From Candidatus Latescibacterota bacterium (GTDB taxonomy: Bacteria; Latescibacterota; UBA2968; UBA8231), in contig CBDFJF010000001.1 of NCBI GenBank assembly GCA_965248265.1, forward strand, positions 1,888,001-1,952,000: 64,000 bases of DNA, in the 5' to 3' direction. A program made the position numbers and the translations under genes. Every line of letters starts with the position of its first letter. The first letter of the stretch is position 1. Below, one piece after another: positions 38,919 through 49,587 of the stretch. The notes beneath the pieces were generated by a model that was not told where the DNA came from, searched no databases, and saw only the letters and a program-made list of their open reading frames with translations.

Positions 38919-41041
38919 GCGTCAAGAAGACAGCGCGACCTCGATGCCCGGAGAAAATGAGAGCGATTCGACTTCAGCAAGGGCAGCTCGGCATGCGATG
39001 GATCGCAAACTTGTGCCTGGTAGCTCAGGCAGGAGCGGTTCCGGATCTGGGTGCGATCGATGTCGCCGTGGCAGTGCCGATCTTCGAGATCCAGGGGGCG
39101 GATCATCACTCGGCATTTGCTGGGGATATGGTGAGGACCTCTGGAATCGTCACTGTCGTCGATGATGACGGATTTTTCCTGCAGGATCCCTGTGGCGATG
39201 GCAACGATTTCACGTCCGATGCCATTTACGTGTACACGAAAACGACGCCTGTTACGCGGGCACGCGACCAGGTCGAGGTCGTCGGCAAGGTGATCGAGTT
39301 CATCCCCGGTGGCGAGCGCTCCGCCAACCTGGCGATAACGGAAATTACTCTCTCGGAACGCGTCAATGTGCTTTCATCAGGCAACCCGCTACCACGCCCC
39401 GTTCTCATCGGGCGGAGCGGCCGCCTTGTACCGACAGAGATTGTCGACGATGACAACCTCACCGTGTTCGATCCGCACATGGACGGCATCGATTTCTACG
39501 AATCACTAGAGGGCATGCGTGTTACCGTTGAGGACGCATCGGCCGTAAGCGCCACCAACCGCTTCGGCGAGATATTCACCGTGTCAAACCGCGGGCAGCT
39601 GGCGACGGGGATGAACGCACGCGGCGGAATAGCCATGAGCGAGGGAGATTCCAATCCCGAGCGCCTCCAGATCGACGGCCGACTGCTGGTCGAGCCAATG
39701 CCGATCGTGAAAACGGGCGACCTTCTCGGTGAGGTAACCGGCGTGATGGGGTACAGCTACGGCAATTTCGAGGTTCTCGCTGAGACCGCCCCACAAGTGA
39801 TTTCCGCGGAATGGTCTCCCGAGGTCACCTTCCTGACCGGCGACGAGCATCACCTGACCATCGCCACCTACAATGTGCAGAATCTCGATCCGGGTGATTC
39901 GCCTGAGAAATTCCAACGCCTGGCAGGGCATATCGCGTGGAACCTGCAGTCCCCTGACATCATTGCGTTGCAGGAGGTGCAGGACAACAGCGGTCCGACG
40001 AATGATGGCGAGACTGCCGCAAACGTAACGGCCTCACTCCTGACGCATGCCATTCTTCAAGCCGGGGGGCCGGCCTACGATTACTACGACCTGGCCCCGG
40101 CCGATGGCAGAGCGGGAGGGGAACCCGGCGGCAATATCCGAGTGGCCTATCTGGTCAATCCGGGCAGGGTAACGTTGGCTGGATCCTTGCAATTGCTCGA
40201 GGATACCGGGCTCGACACCTTCGACCGTTCCCGCAATCCGCTCGAAGCAATGTTCCTCTTCAATGATGAAGAGATCATCCTGATCAACTGCCATTTGACC
40301 TCGAAAGCCGGGAGTGCGCCGCTGTTTGGATCAATCCAACCTCCTCTGATAAGTGGCAGGCACAAAAGAAAATCGCAGGCCGTTTTCCTGAGAAATCGCG
40401 TCGCCGTCTTGCTCGACCGTGACCCTCCAGCCTGCGTCATCCTGCTCGGAGACCTCAATGCCACTGAATTTTCTGAACCGCTACAGATACTGACCGGAGA
40501 GCCCCCGCTCTTCCTGAACCTCGGCACAACACTATCAACAGCTCAACGGTACTCCCACAATTACCAGGGCAATGCCCAGATGATCGATCATATCCTGGTC
40601 AATGCGGAAGGCATCCCTCCTGAGACCGCTCTTGATGTCGTCCACGTAAACACCGGTTTCGCGGACCAATCCAGTGATCATGACCCACTCATCGCCCGCA
40701 TTGCTGTTCCACTGAGAATTGACCGGTTATCGCTCAACGACGCCGAGACCGTGGGTAATTCCGCCCAATTGCAGCTTTCGCAAAATTCTCCAAACCCTGT
40801 CGGGGAGACTACGCACATCTCTTACCTGCTATCGCATCCTGGAATTGTTCAGCTGAAGATTTTCAACATCGCAGGTCAATTGGTTCGGACACTGGTAGAC
40901 ACCTACCAGGACCGTGGACGCCACCAATCCGCATGGAATCTTGTTGACCAGGGCGGGACGGCAGTAAGCAATGGCATCTATTGCTATCAGTTGAGAGTGG
41001 CCAGTACGACACTGTGCAGGAGCATGGTCGTCAAGAGGTGA
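38915..41041 (+). CDS. Extracellular nuclease (OB-fold plus endonuclease/exonuclease/phosphatase domain) with CTD
   Basis: GFFLQD, YESLEGMRV, IATYNVQNL, LQEVQD, GDLN, IDHIL, SDHDP; QNSPNP..GIYCYQL; start uncertain. Confidence 0.85.
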   Translation: MSVKKTARPRCPEKMRAIRLQQGQLGMRWIANLCLVAQAGAVPDLGAIDVAVAVPIFEIQGADHHSAFAGDMVRTSGIVTVVDDDGFFLQDPCGDGNDFTSDAIYVYTKTTPVTRARDQVEVVGKVIEFIPGGERSANLAITEITLSERVNVLSSGNPLPRPVLIGRSGRLVPTEIVDDDNLTVFDPHMDGIDFYESLEGMRVTVEDASAVSATNRFGEIFTVSNRGQLATGMNARGGIAMSEGDSNPERLQIDGRLLVEPMPIVKTGDLLGEVTGVMGYSYGNFEVLAETAPQVISAEWSPEVTFLTGDEHHLTIATYNVQNLDPGDSPEKFQRLAGHIAWNLQSPDIIALQEVQDNSGPTNDGETAANVTASLLTHAILQAGGPAYDYYDLAPADGRAGGEPGGNIRVAYLVNPGRVTLAGSLQLLEDTGLDTFDRSRNPLEAMFLFNDEEIILINCHLTSKAGSAPLFGSIQPPLISGRHKRKSQAVFLRNRVAVLLDRDPPACVILLGDLNATEFSEPLQILTGEPPLFLNLGTTLSTAQRYSHNYQGNAQMIDHILVNAEGIPPETALDVVHVNTGFADQSSDHDPLIARIAVPLRIDRLSLNDAETVGNSAQLQLSQNSPNPVGETTHISYLLSHPGIVQLKIFNIAGQLVRTLVDTYQDRGRHQSAWNLVDQGGTAVSNGIYCYQLRVASTTLCRSMVVKR

Positions 41042-41155
41042 AGTCGACGATTCTGCTGACCGTCTCCGCCAGGGTCAAGCGGTCGACCTCGACGCCCAGA
41101 ACGTTGGCCCGATGTTTGCCGTGGTCGGCTGTCGCCCCCGTGCGCACTCACCGTC

Positions 41156-42604
41156 TCAGTACGCTCCACGGCCGAAAAGCACGGTGGGGATCGTCTTGAG
41201 TAGAATTTTGATATCGAGCACAGGCGACCAGTTCTCGATATAGAAGAGATCGAGGGCGATTGTATCATCGAAAGACAGATCACTCCGCCCGCTGACCTGC
41301 GGCAATCCCACTACGCCTGGCAGTACATCAAACCGGTTCATCTGCCAGTCGGCGTATTGATCAACTTCGGAAGGAAGCGGGGGCCGCGGGCCCACAAGGC
41401 TCATGGTGCCTCGCCAGACATTGTACAACTGAGGCAATTCATCGATGCTGTAGCGTCTGAGCACTCGCCCAACTCTGGTTACGCGAGGATCCGTGCGAAT
41501 CTTGAAAAGGGGGCCGCTGGCCTCGTTCAGGTCCTCCATGTCCTGCAGCATACCCTCCGCACCTTGGCGCATCGAGCGGAACTTGTATAGCCAAAATGGT
41601 CGCCCCCCCTTGCCGATGCGCTTCTGCTTGAACAGCAGGGGACCCCTCGACTCGAGCTTGATAGACAACGCAGCAGTCGTGACCAGCAGGATCAGGAAAG
41701 GCAGCGTGGCCACAGTGACAAGGACGAGAGCCGCAAGATCCATTGCGCGTTTGGTGAGCCTGCCCTTGCTGCCCAGGATTCGGACGTCACTGGTGACAAG
41801 GGGCAGCCCGGCAACCTCATGTATATGACTATTGACAGACAAAAAACCGGAGAATTGAGGCATCATCGTGAGTCTGATGTCGGCACGTTCGCAGATGGAA
41901 GCGATCCTCCGAATGGAATCCGGATGGAGATACTGATCGGACACAAGCACCTCATCGATCCATTGGTCGCGAATTACCTCCGAGAGCTGGTCAACGCTAC
42001 CGATCAGATCGTCAACATCGATGTAGCCACGATCCTGGTCATCCGCAAGGAACCCAGCGGGGCTATATCCCAGGGCAGGGTTAGCTCGTGTATACGAGAA
42101 AAACTCCTGTGACTGCTCGCATGCGCCGATGATGAGAACGCGGTTCAGCCCCAATCCCCTCAGCCGAAACCACCTCAGAACGTAGTCACATACAGCATGC
42201 CAGGTAGTGAGCAAAACGATCGAGAGAATCCAAATCAGCAGCAGGTTTCTTCTTGATTGAAGATCTATCTCAGCGCTCCAAAAACCTCGGATGGCGAAGC
42301 CACCGATGAATGTGATCCCGGCCGCCAGAGAGCACACCCTGACCAACGACAGGAACAAATCCGCATTAAAAAAGACCGTTTTGGGCTGATAGCGATGTGA
42401 AGAGATTAGCAGCGCAAGACCGATGAGTGCGAAGAACGCCGCGTACTGGTAGTACGCGTTTGGAATCTGGAACGGCTTGGCATCCAGGAGATCCGTACTG
42501 GACCGGATCCAGTACGCGATCAACACGGTGCACATCAGAAGAATTACATCTCCAGCGTAAACGAGCCAGACCAACCAAGGAGTTCGCTTCTGCGTACCGA
42601 TCAT
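41156..42604 (-). CDS. Polyprenyl glycosyl-1-phosphotransferase (WcaJ/WbaP type priming sugar transferase)
   Basis: N-terminal TMs, KRAMDL, KFRSM, DPRVT, DELPQL, MSLVGPRP, DLFYIENWS. Confidence 0.93.
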   Translation of the reverse strand: MIGTQKRTPWLVWLVYAGDVILLMCTVLIAYWIRSSTDLLDAKPFQIPNAYYQYAAFFALIGLALLISSHRYQPKTVFFNADLFLSLVRVCSLAAGITFIGGFAIRGFWSAEIDLQSRRNLLLIWILSIVLLTTWHAVCDYVLRWFRLRGLGLNRVLIIGACEQSQEFFSYTRANPALGYSPAGFLADDQDRGYIDVDDLIGSVDQLSEVIRDQWIDEVLVSDQYLHPDSIRRIASICERADIRLTMMPQFSGFLSVNSHIHEVAGLPLVTSDVRILGSKGRLTKRAMDLAALVLVTVATLPFLILLVTTAALSIKLESRGPLLFKQKRIGKGGRPFWLYKFRSMRQGAEGMLQDMEDLNEASGPLFKIRTDPRVTRVGRVLRRYSIDELPQLYNVWRGTMSLVGPRPPLPSEVDQYADWQMNRFDVLPGVVGLPQVSGRSDLSFDDTIALDLFYIENWSPVLDIKILLKTIPTVLFGRGAY

Positions 42605-42837
42605 CGAAACCTCGGATCTGCGGAGTTCACGACATCGAATCTCGTCGCCCCAATCATCAGCTGCAATGCACGCCGGATCAGCATCGTTCTGCTCACAAAG
42701 CGACCGCCGTCCGAGAAGCTATCGAGAAAGACCGCCATACCTCGGACTCGAAGGCTCCATCAAAACTCTGAAATAGTCACCGGGGTCAATTCCGATAATC
42801 TCGCCATATTGGTCAGCTTGACGAAGTCCCTTTGCCG

Positions 42838-44982
42838 CTATCGGTTTTCCGAGGTATCGCCCGTTATAGTGCATCCGGTTTTGAGCACCTGCTGCACGAG
42901 TAGCGTTGTACGCGTAACCGCGATGCTGTCTTGCAGCAAAGCATCCGGCTCTCCATTGCCGAGCAATGCGTTGATGAAGTACTCCACTTCCCCACGATGT
43001 CCCTTGTCCTGGGAAATCTTCTTTGTCTTTTGCCGGCCTTCCGAAACGAAGGTCGCACGGCAAAAATCGTCGATGACGACGACCTTCCCGTTTGCGAACA
43101 TCTCGATTCGCTCCTTCGGGTACGCGGGATCTCCCAAACCCGCATATGTGACTGAGCCAACCGAGCCATCCGCGAATTGAATGATGATGACGACGCTGTC
43201 AGCGGACGAGCCTGCGCCGTACGCGGCCACATCCCTCGGCGTCGAACCTGAAAGAAAAGTCAGCAGATCGACGAAGTGACAGACCTCGCCGATAATCCTT
43301 CCTCCTCCTTCGATAGAGTCGAGCGCCCAGTGGTCGCCGGGAAGAGGTCCGGCGTTGATTCTGCAGTTGATGACTTTGGGGCCATCGCCAACGAAGTCAC
43401 GGGCCTGCGTAGACAGCGGAGCAAAGCGACGGTTGTGTCCGACCATTAGCAACGCGGGTGACTCCTGCGCCGCGCCTACGACCGCATCAAGCTCAACTTG
43501 GTCGAGCGCCATTGGCTTCTCGACGAAGGTCTGTTTGCTCGCCTTGAGAGCATCAATCGCAATGCGGGCGTGGAGATCGTGTCGAGTAGCGATTACGACA
43601 GCATCGATGTCTGAATCGGAGAGAATGTCTCTGTAATCCGTTGTGCAGTAGCTGAAACCCTCCCGCGTCGCGACATCCTTGCCGGATGAGCCTGAAGCGG
43701 TGGCGACACCAACCAGGGCGATTCGTGGCTGGGCCTTGAGAATGGGAAGCAGAGTCCCACGGGCGAAGTTTCCTGCTCCGATTACGCCCACACCAATCAC
43801 GCCCTCGCGTTGCTTGACGCTCTGCAGTCGCGCCCGTCTGTCGTAGGATACCTCAGCGGCCCCCTCTGGATACTCCAGCAACACTCCGATGGGGCGGTCA
43901 GGACGGTCTTGATCAAGCATCAGCTCGTAAGCGTCGACAGTCCGTTCGATGCCAAAGCGATGAGTCACCAACCCACTCAAACTGAGCTGTCCTCTGGCAG
44001 CTGTGTCCAGAAAGGCCTCCATGTTGCGGTTCTCAGTCCATCGAACATATCCTACCGGATAGTCGACACCCTGCTCCTCATACGCCCGGTCGTAACGACC
44101 TGGTCCGTAGGAGCGAGAAAGGCGAAGATCGAGTTCCTTTTCATAGAAAACGTCACGAGGTATGTTCAACCCCACATCACCGATGACGACGACGGTACCG
44201 CGATCCCGGCACAGCTGCGCCGCCAACTCGACCGCCTTGTTGCCGCCACCCCCTGCCGCGATGATGACTTTATCTGCACCCCGATCTCTCGTCATGCTGG
44301 CGATGACGACCTGCTCTCCTCCAGACACAGCGGCATTCCCGCCAAGACTGCGAGCCATGTCGACGGCTCTGGCGTCCACGTCGATTCCAAGGACCTGACA
44401 TCCGGCGCAGCGTAGTAATTGAGCAACAAGCTGTCCGACCAGGCCGAGCCCGACAACGACAACCACATCTCCGAGGGAAACATCCGCCTGTCGTATGGAT
44501 TGAAGGGCAATGGCCCCTACCGTAGTGAAGGCAGCGTCATCGAAGTTGACCTCGTCAGGCACGCGCACGCACAGATTTGTCGGCACGCTGACGTACTCCG
44601 CATGATTCGCGTACCCGCCACCGGCGCACGCAACCCGCATCCCGGGGCGAAATTCTGCGACGCCCTCTCCTGCCTCCACTACAACCCCCGCACAACTGTA
44701 GCCCAGTGGATGAGATCGTTCCAAGACTCCCATGGCCTTGGAATAAGCGGCCGCCATCCCCTCGCGTCGGGAAACATCTAATACCTTCTTCACTTGATCA
44801 GGGCGTGCAAGTGCTTTTCCTACCAGGCTCTTTGCACCAAGGCTTACGCTTTGGCGTTCGGTCCCAGAGCTGATCAAAGAGCGTGCGTTGCGTACGAGAA
44901 CTCTGCCCGGACCCGGTAGTGGAATCGGAACATCCTCTACCGTGAGCTGACCAGATCGCCTGTTCTGCAGAACCTGTTTCAA
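42838..44982 (-). CDS. Bi-domain oxidoreductase (Zn-ADH-like plus Gfo/Idh/MocA)
   Basis: ISSGTE, GYSCAG, GLGLVG, SRSYGPGRYD, GAGNFA, FVEKP, GHNRRF, DKGH. Confidence 0.92.
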   Translation of the reverse strand: MKQVLQNRRSGQLTVEDVPIPLPGPGRVLVRNARSLISSGTERQSVSLGAKSLVGKALARPDQVKKVLDVSRREGMAAAYSKAMGVLERSHPLGYSCAGVVVEAGEGVAEFRPGMRVACAGGGYANHAEYVSVPTNLCVRVPDEVNFDDAAFTTVGAIALQSIRQADVSLGDVVVVVGLGLVGQLVAQLLRCAGCQVLGIDVDARAVDMARSLGGNAAVSGGEQVVIASMTRDRGADKVIIAAGGGGNKAVELAAQLCRDRGTVVVIGDVGLNIPRDVFYEKELDLRLSRSYGPGRYDRAYEEQGVDYPVGYVRWTENRNMEAFLDTAARGQLSLSGLVTHRFGIERTVDAYELMLDQDRPDRPIGVLLEYPEGAAEVSYDRRARLQSVKQREGVIGVGVIGAGNFARGTLLPILKAQPRIALVGVATASGSSGKDVATREGFSYCTTDYRDILSDSDIDAVVIATRHDLHARIAIDALKASKQTFVEKPMALDQVELDAVVGAAQESPALLMVGHNRRFAPLSTQARDFVGDGPKVINCRINAGPLPGDHWALDSIEGGGRIIGEVCHFVDLLTFLSGSTPRDVAAYGAGSSADSVVIIIQFADGSVGSVTYAGLGDPAYPKERIEMFANGKVVVIDDFCRATFVSEGRQKTKKISQDKGHRGEVEYFINALLGNGEPDALLQDSIAVTRTTLLVQQVLKTGCTITGDTSENR

Positions 44983-45988
44983 TCGAACTCCAACCTCGAT
45001 GTGCGATGTCCCTGAGTCAGCATTTCAGAGGCCGTGATGTATGTTTTCGCCACCAGTCGAAAATCTGGATGTTCGTACATCGATGCGTACTCAGCGTTGC
45101 CCAAGCGACGTTTGAAACTGCGATACATTCCGCGATGGCCCTTATCCCGAAGCATGGATCCGTGCCGGCGTTGCCTTCCCGAGCCTGTTATTACCCTCAA
45201 TCTGCAAAGATCTTCGATAGTGAGCGTAAGGCCCCCTGTCGAATCTCGATGTGCTCTTGCACACTTCTGGTCTCAGAAACTTGGCGTACCTGCGATTGTA
45301 ACCGATCTCCAGGCTGCAGCCGGCTTCGCACAGCGAGTCTACGATCGCGTAATCTGCCCTGCTTACCGCCGCAGGCTTCTCTACAAAGATCGTTCCCGAG
45401 GAATTCCACTCAAACAGATCTCTGGCCTGCCGGGCATGGTCGCTGTGATACAAACAGCAAGGCGACTGGTCTCTTGGCCGCAGCCCAGCTACTCTTCATC
45501 TGCGTATGGGGCATCGGTGCGCGAACTCGCCCTGTACAATCCCCAGAGCAAGATCATTGTGGTCGACGCAGCAATACCGCTCACTCCGTGAAAGTGTGGG
45601 AGAACCTGGCTCTGGCATAGTCGCCGCAGCCGATCTGGAAGAGCGCCCGCTCGGCGTCGGGTGCGGCAGTGACCACGGCGTCTCCCGGCTCGTACACCGC
45701 TTGCGAAAATGGATGCACGCAGTCTTGTACCGCAAGCGCCTGGTAGAACGTAGTAGGTTTCTCCGCCATTGAACGAGACGGCATCTCCCGCCTCCGTTCT
45801 GGCTGCTACAAGGGACTTCTCGATACGTTCGCTACGCAGACGCGAGCGCGCCTTGGAGAGGACCGCGGCCGCCCCTCGTACCGACCGATGGAAGAAGAGT
45901 GCCTTTCTAACACTACGGTCGACGGTGCGACTGGGAGAGAGCTTGAAGAGCTCAACACTGGACAGCTCGTCTCTCCGTCTCTTCTCAA
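44979..45988 (-). pseudogene. Fragmented Gfo/Idh/MocA oxidoreductase
   Basis: Motifs scattered over several frames: IGCGDYAR, FVEKPAAVS, GYNRRY, DKGHRGMY. Confidence 0.7.
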
Positions 45989-47199
45989 GCATTCCGGTCT
46001 TGCAGCAGTCTTCCAAACAGAGCTTCGAGTTTTGAGGCGTAGACTTCGAGATTGAGATGTTGCCCCACGGTCTCCTGTCCGGAAAGTCCCATGCGAACAG
46101 CCTCCGCGGGGTTGCGGAGGAGATGACATATGTTTTCGGCCATAGCCTCCACATCACCAGCATCGAAAAAAATAATCTCTTGTCCATCCGTGAAGTAATC
46201 CGGCATCAGTCCAACTGGAGTCGAGATCACCGGAATCCCCGATGCCATCGCCTCAAGGACAGTCAGCGGACCACCCCCCTCACTGTAGGAAGGGCAAACG
46301 AACAGCGTCGCGCGCCGGAGGACATCCATCTTTGCTTCCCCCGTCACGAGTCCAGGAAAATGGACGGTCCCGGTCTGCTCCAGTTTCGCCACTAGATCCA
46401 GCAGCTCCTCGCCATCACGCTGATCGCCGCCGAGTCCACGGAGATTCCGTTCCTTGTGAATTTTGACTCCGGCAAGAACAAACTCGCATTGCGGAAACTC
46501 GCGTTGCACCATGGGAACCGCCTTCAGCAAGTCAATGGCCCCCTTTGCTTTTGAAATCATGCCCATGAACAAGATGACTGGAGTCGCCGAGACGGTCCTG
46601 CCGATACGACGATGTTCCTGGACATCGATGGCGACGGGAATGATCGAGAAACGCTCGCGTGGGACATGCTGGAGAAACTGAGCCTTGAAACGCTCAGAGC
46701 GTACTATGACGCAATCCAGCTGGCGCAAGATCCAGCGGACGTACCATTTGAGACCGCGTGAGGATATCTCATAGAACCTGTCGAACTGAGCGCCGCCAAA
46801 CCGCACCACGGCAAATCTCCCCGTGATCTTCGCCGCAAGCACATACACCGAGTCCCGCAGAAATCCGCTGGTATTCTGGGAGAGTAGCATGTAGACGATG
46901 TCAGGCCGGCGCCTTAGGCAGGCTCCCAGCAGCCATACGGTTACAAACAGCGTCCGCATCACATCTCCGGAGCCAACCCGGCCGCGGCTTTCGATTTTCT
47001 TTCTGAGGCTTGTGTCAATGTGGGTAAGCTCGACGGCTGAGGAAAACGGTGACTTCAGGAGCAAGGCCGTCATTACCTCTGTGCCGTTGTAGGGAGGCGG
47101 AATCGGCGCCGCAATGAGGACTTTCACGGGGACCCTCTCCTCAGGTCGTTCGGTAGCCGGGGACACCCGCTCTGTCTCACCCTCGTTCGCGGTTTGCAT
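45985..47199 (-). CDS. Glycosyltransferase family 4
   Basis: PPPYNG, KAKGAIDL, PSYSEG, LEAMASGIPV. Confidence 0.9.
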   Translation of the reverse strand: MQTANEGETERVSPATERPEERVPVKVLIAAPIPPPYNGTEVMTALLLKSPFSSAVELTHIDTSLRKKIESRGRVGSGDVMRTLFVTVWLLGACLRRRPDIVYMLLSQNTSGFLRDSVYVLAAKITGRFAVVRFGGAQFDRFYEISSRGLKWYVRWILRQLDCVIVRSERFKAQFLQHVPRERFSIIPVAIDVQEHRRIGRTVSATPVILFMGMISKAKGAIDLLKAVPMVQREFPQCEFVLAGVKIHKERNLRGLGGDQRDGEELLDLVAKLEQTGTVHFPGLVTGEAKMDVLRRATLFVCPSYSEGGGPLTVLEAMASGIPVISTPVGLMPDYFTDGQEIIFFDAGDVEAMAENICHLLRNPAEAVRMGLSGQETVGQHLNLEVYASKLEALFGRLLQDRNA

Positions 47200-47221
47200 G
47201 GCCGTGTTCGGCAGCGGTCGA

Positions 47222-48502
47222 TCAGCCCTTTCCCAAGAGCTTTTTGAGCCTCTGTGTGACCTCCTGCGGCAACTCTCGGGCAAGCCACTCTGCCGGGGGG
47301 CGGAACACCCGGTGCCACCACCACGCCTTCACCCACCCATGCCGGTAACGCCGCCTGTGACGGGTCAGTGCAGCCTCGGGGAGTATCTTTCCTGCACTGT
47401 GCCCTCGCAAGCTCTTGTCCAGTACCAGGCGGGCGAAACCGCTGTAGGTGTAGGCGCCGCTTTCAACCACATCGCTGTAAGCCCGGCTGGTAATTTCTTC
47501 CCGCAATTGGTCTTCCTTCATCAGCCTCAGCACGTCGTCCAGATCGCTGAAATCGGCTTTGACAGGAATGTAGTGCTCCCAAGGATTCAAAACGCCGGCG
47601 TATTGCCCCTCCACCAATACTTGACAAGTGTGGGTAGCGCAACATTCCAGGTGGCGGGGGCTGATGGCCTTGCCTGGCAGCTTCCCATCCAGGCCGGGGA
47701 AACAGGCGGCCTCCACATCGTCGAAACCGGCGGCGGGATGCGTGGCAATGTAGGCGTTCACGTGGTCGCGGATGGAGCCATCGGGATCCATCATGCTGGT
47801 CCCTCCCTCCACCCCAATCATGTACTTGCACCGGACCATGAAGCGGTACCAGTCATCGCCGAGGAGGACGCTTTTTCGTTCCAATGAGATGTCGGTGCGA
47901 AGCCCAAAGCGCGGGGCGTGCTCGGCAAAAACATCGGCGATCTGTGCCTTGAGCATGCCGTGGCTGCCCAGCCACGGCGCCACCTGCCAGGAGCGGTACC
48001 CCACGTCAATGTCACGGGTGTGTTCCTGGCCGGCCAACTGCTCCATCTTTGCCACCCGGGAAGGAGACAGATAGCCGGTAAGGGCCTCCACGATCGTTAT
48101 CCGATCGCGGTCCACCGGCGCGTAGAGCGTAGGCCAGGACTCCTCGCAGTGAGAAGAGACCACGACGGACACGTCGAAGTCCGCGATGAAGGTCCACAAT
48201 GTCTGGGTGTTGAAGGAATCGTCCTGTGGTACGATCACTTTGATGGCGGGGTTGGTCTTTAGCGGACCCGCCTTCGCCTCGAATTTTTCAAACCGCCCGC
48301 GAAACCGCTGGGCGAAAAACGTGTAGTGGAAAACGATGAGGTCAAAGGGCAGGCTGGCCAACGCCTGGTCTAGCCGTTGTGTGGCCAGGTTCACGTAGAC
48401 GACGTTGGTGCCCTCCAATTCCTCGAAAGCATGCAAGTGATCCCAGATCGTGGCCTTCATGGGATACTGGTCGTAGGCCAACACCACCAGGATGTTCGTC
48501 AT
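47222..48502 (-). CDS. Putative glycosyltransferase-like protein, paralog of 54583..55872
   Basis: PQD, LTGYL, DVGYR, GVEGG, SPRHLE, EGQYAG, EHYI; glycan locus context. Confidence 0.7.
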   Translation of the reverse strand: MTNILVVLAYDQYPMKATIWDHLHAFEELEGTNVVYVNLATQRLDQALASLPFDLIVFHYTFFAQRFRGRFEKFEAKAGPLKTNPAIKVIVPQDDSFNTQTLWTFIADFDVSVVVSSHCEESWPTLYAPVDRDRITIVEALTGYLSPSRVAKMEQLAGQEHTRDIDVGYRSWQVAPWLGSHGMLKAQIADVFAEHAPRFGLRTDISLERKSVLLGDDWYRFMVRCKYMIGVEGGTSMMDPDGSIRDHVNAYIATHPAAGFDDVEAACFPGLDGKLPGKAISPRHLECCATHTCQVLVEGQYAGVLNPWEHYIPVKADFSDLDDVLRLMKEDQLREEITSRAYSDVVESGAYTYSGFARLVLDKSLRGHSAGKILPEAALTRHRRRYRHGWVKAWWWHRVFRPPAEWLARELPQEVTQRLKKLLGKG

Positions 48503-48516
48503 ACAGGAGTGCCGTT

Positions 48517-49587
48517 CTATTGCGGCCCCCGCCCTTCCATGTGTTCCGAGTGCTTCTCAATGCACGCCTGGATAAGCGGCAAGTTCGCTTCCGTCCATGC
48601 CAGGGTGTGTTTCAGACCATCCTCGTGGCGTACCTCGGCCTCGAACCCCAGCCCACCCTTGGCTTTCTCCGTGCTGGCGAAACGTTTGCCGGAATGGTCC
48701 CACGGCCGTCTGGGAAGCTCCTCCACTCCGCCGGGGTTGCCGGTCAGTGCGTTGATGCGCTCCGCCAACTGGCGGATGGTCGTTTCCTCACCGGTGGCCA
48801 GGTTATAGGCCTCGCCGGGCACGCCTTTCGTGGCACACAACATCAACCCCCGGCAGATGTCTTCGACGAAAATGAAATCTCGCGTAGCTATGCCACCTGC
48901 CTGCAGCGGCAGTGCCTCACCCTTCAGTGACTTGTAGATAAACGTGGGCGTGACATTGCGCCACACGGTGGCGGGGGTGCCCCGCCAACGCCCGGCGCCG
49001 AGGATTTCCCCGGGGCCGTACACGTTTTGGAAACGCGCCGTCACCGCTGGCAGATCGTGCTGCCGGTGGTAGTATACCGCGTAGAACTCCCCCACTAACT
49101 TGGAGATGGAATAAGGGCTATCCTGTTCCAGGGACAGCGCCGCATCCTCGGTAGTGGCTTCGGCCTGATCAAAGGTCTTCACCGCGGAGGCGCATCCCGC
49201 ACCCGAGTACACCAGTTTCTTCATCTTCGTGAAATCACGCACGTGGTTCATGAGCTTCAACGTGGTGAGCGTGTTGTTGGCGTGGTCTTCGATGGGATCG
49301 TGGATAGAGCTCTGGTTTCCGTGATAACATGCCAGGTGGAAAATGTAGTCGTAGGTGTCGTCAATCTGGGCCAGCACGGCATCGTCGGCGATGGACCCCA
49401 CCAGTAACGCTACCCGCTCGTCCCAGGGAACGTTCTCCCGCTGCGCGGACAAGAGGTTGTCCACCACGGTGATGGTTATGTCGTCGTTGGCCTCCCGTAG
49501 CAACCGCACCAGGTTCGATCCGACGAACCCCGCACCGCCAGTTACCACCACGCGAGTGCCTGAAAGAGCTGCTGCCGCCTTTACCAT
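48517..49587 (-). CDS. wbmF: SDR nucleotide-sugar epimerase, WbmF-like
   Basis: YHGNQSSIHDP, NNTLTTLKL, GEILGAGRWRGTPATVWRNVTPTF match my recollection of Bordetella WbmF. Confidence 0.85.
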   Translation of the reverse strand: MVKAAAALSGTRVVVTGGAGFVGSNLVRLLREANDDITITVVDNLLSAQRENVPWDERVALLVGSIADDAVLAQIDDTYDYIFHLACYHGNQSSIHDPIEDHANNTLTTLKLMNHVRDFTKMKKLVYSGAGCASAVKTFDQAEATTEDAALSLEQDSPYSISKLVGEFYAVYYHRQHDLPAVTARFQNVYGPGEILGAGRWRGTPATVWRNVTPTFIYKSLKGEALPLQAGGIATRDFIFVEDICRGLMLCATKGVPGEAYNLATGEETTIRQLAERINALTGNPGGVEELPRRPWDHSGKRFASTEKAKGGLGFEAEVRHEDGLKHTLAWTEANLPLIQACIEKHSEHMEGRGPQ

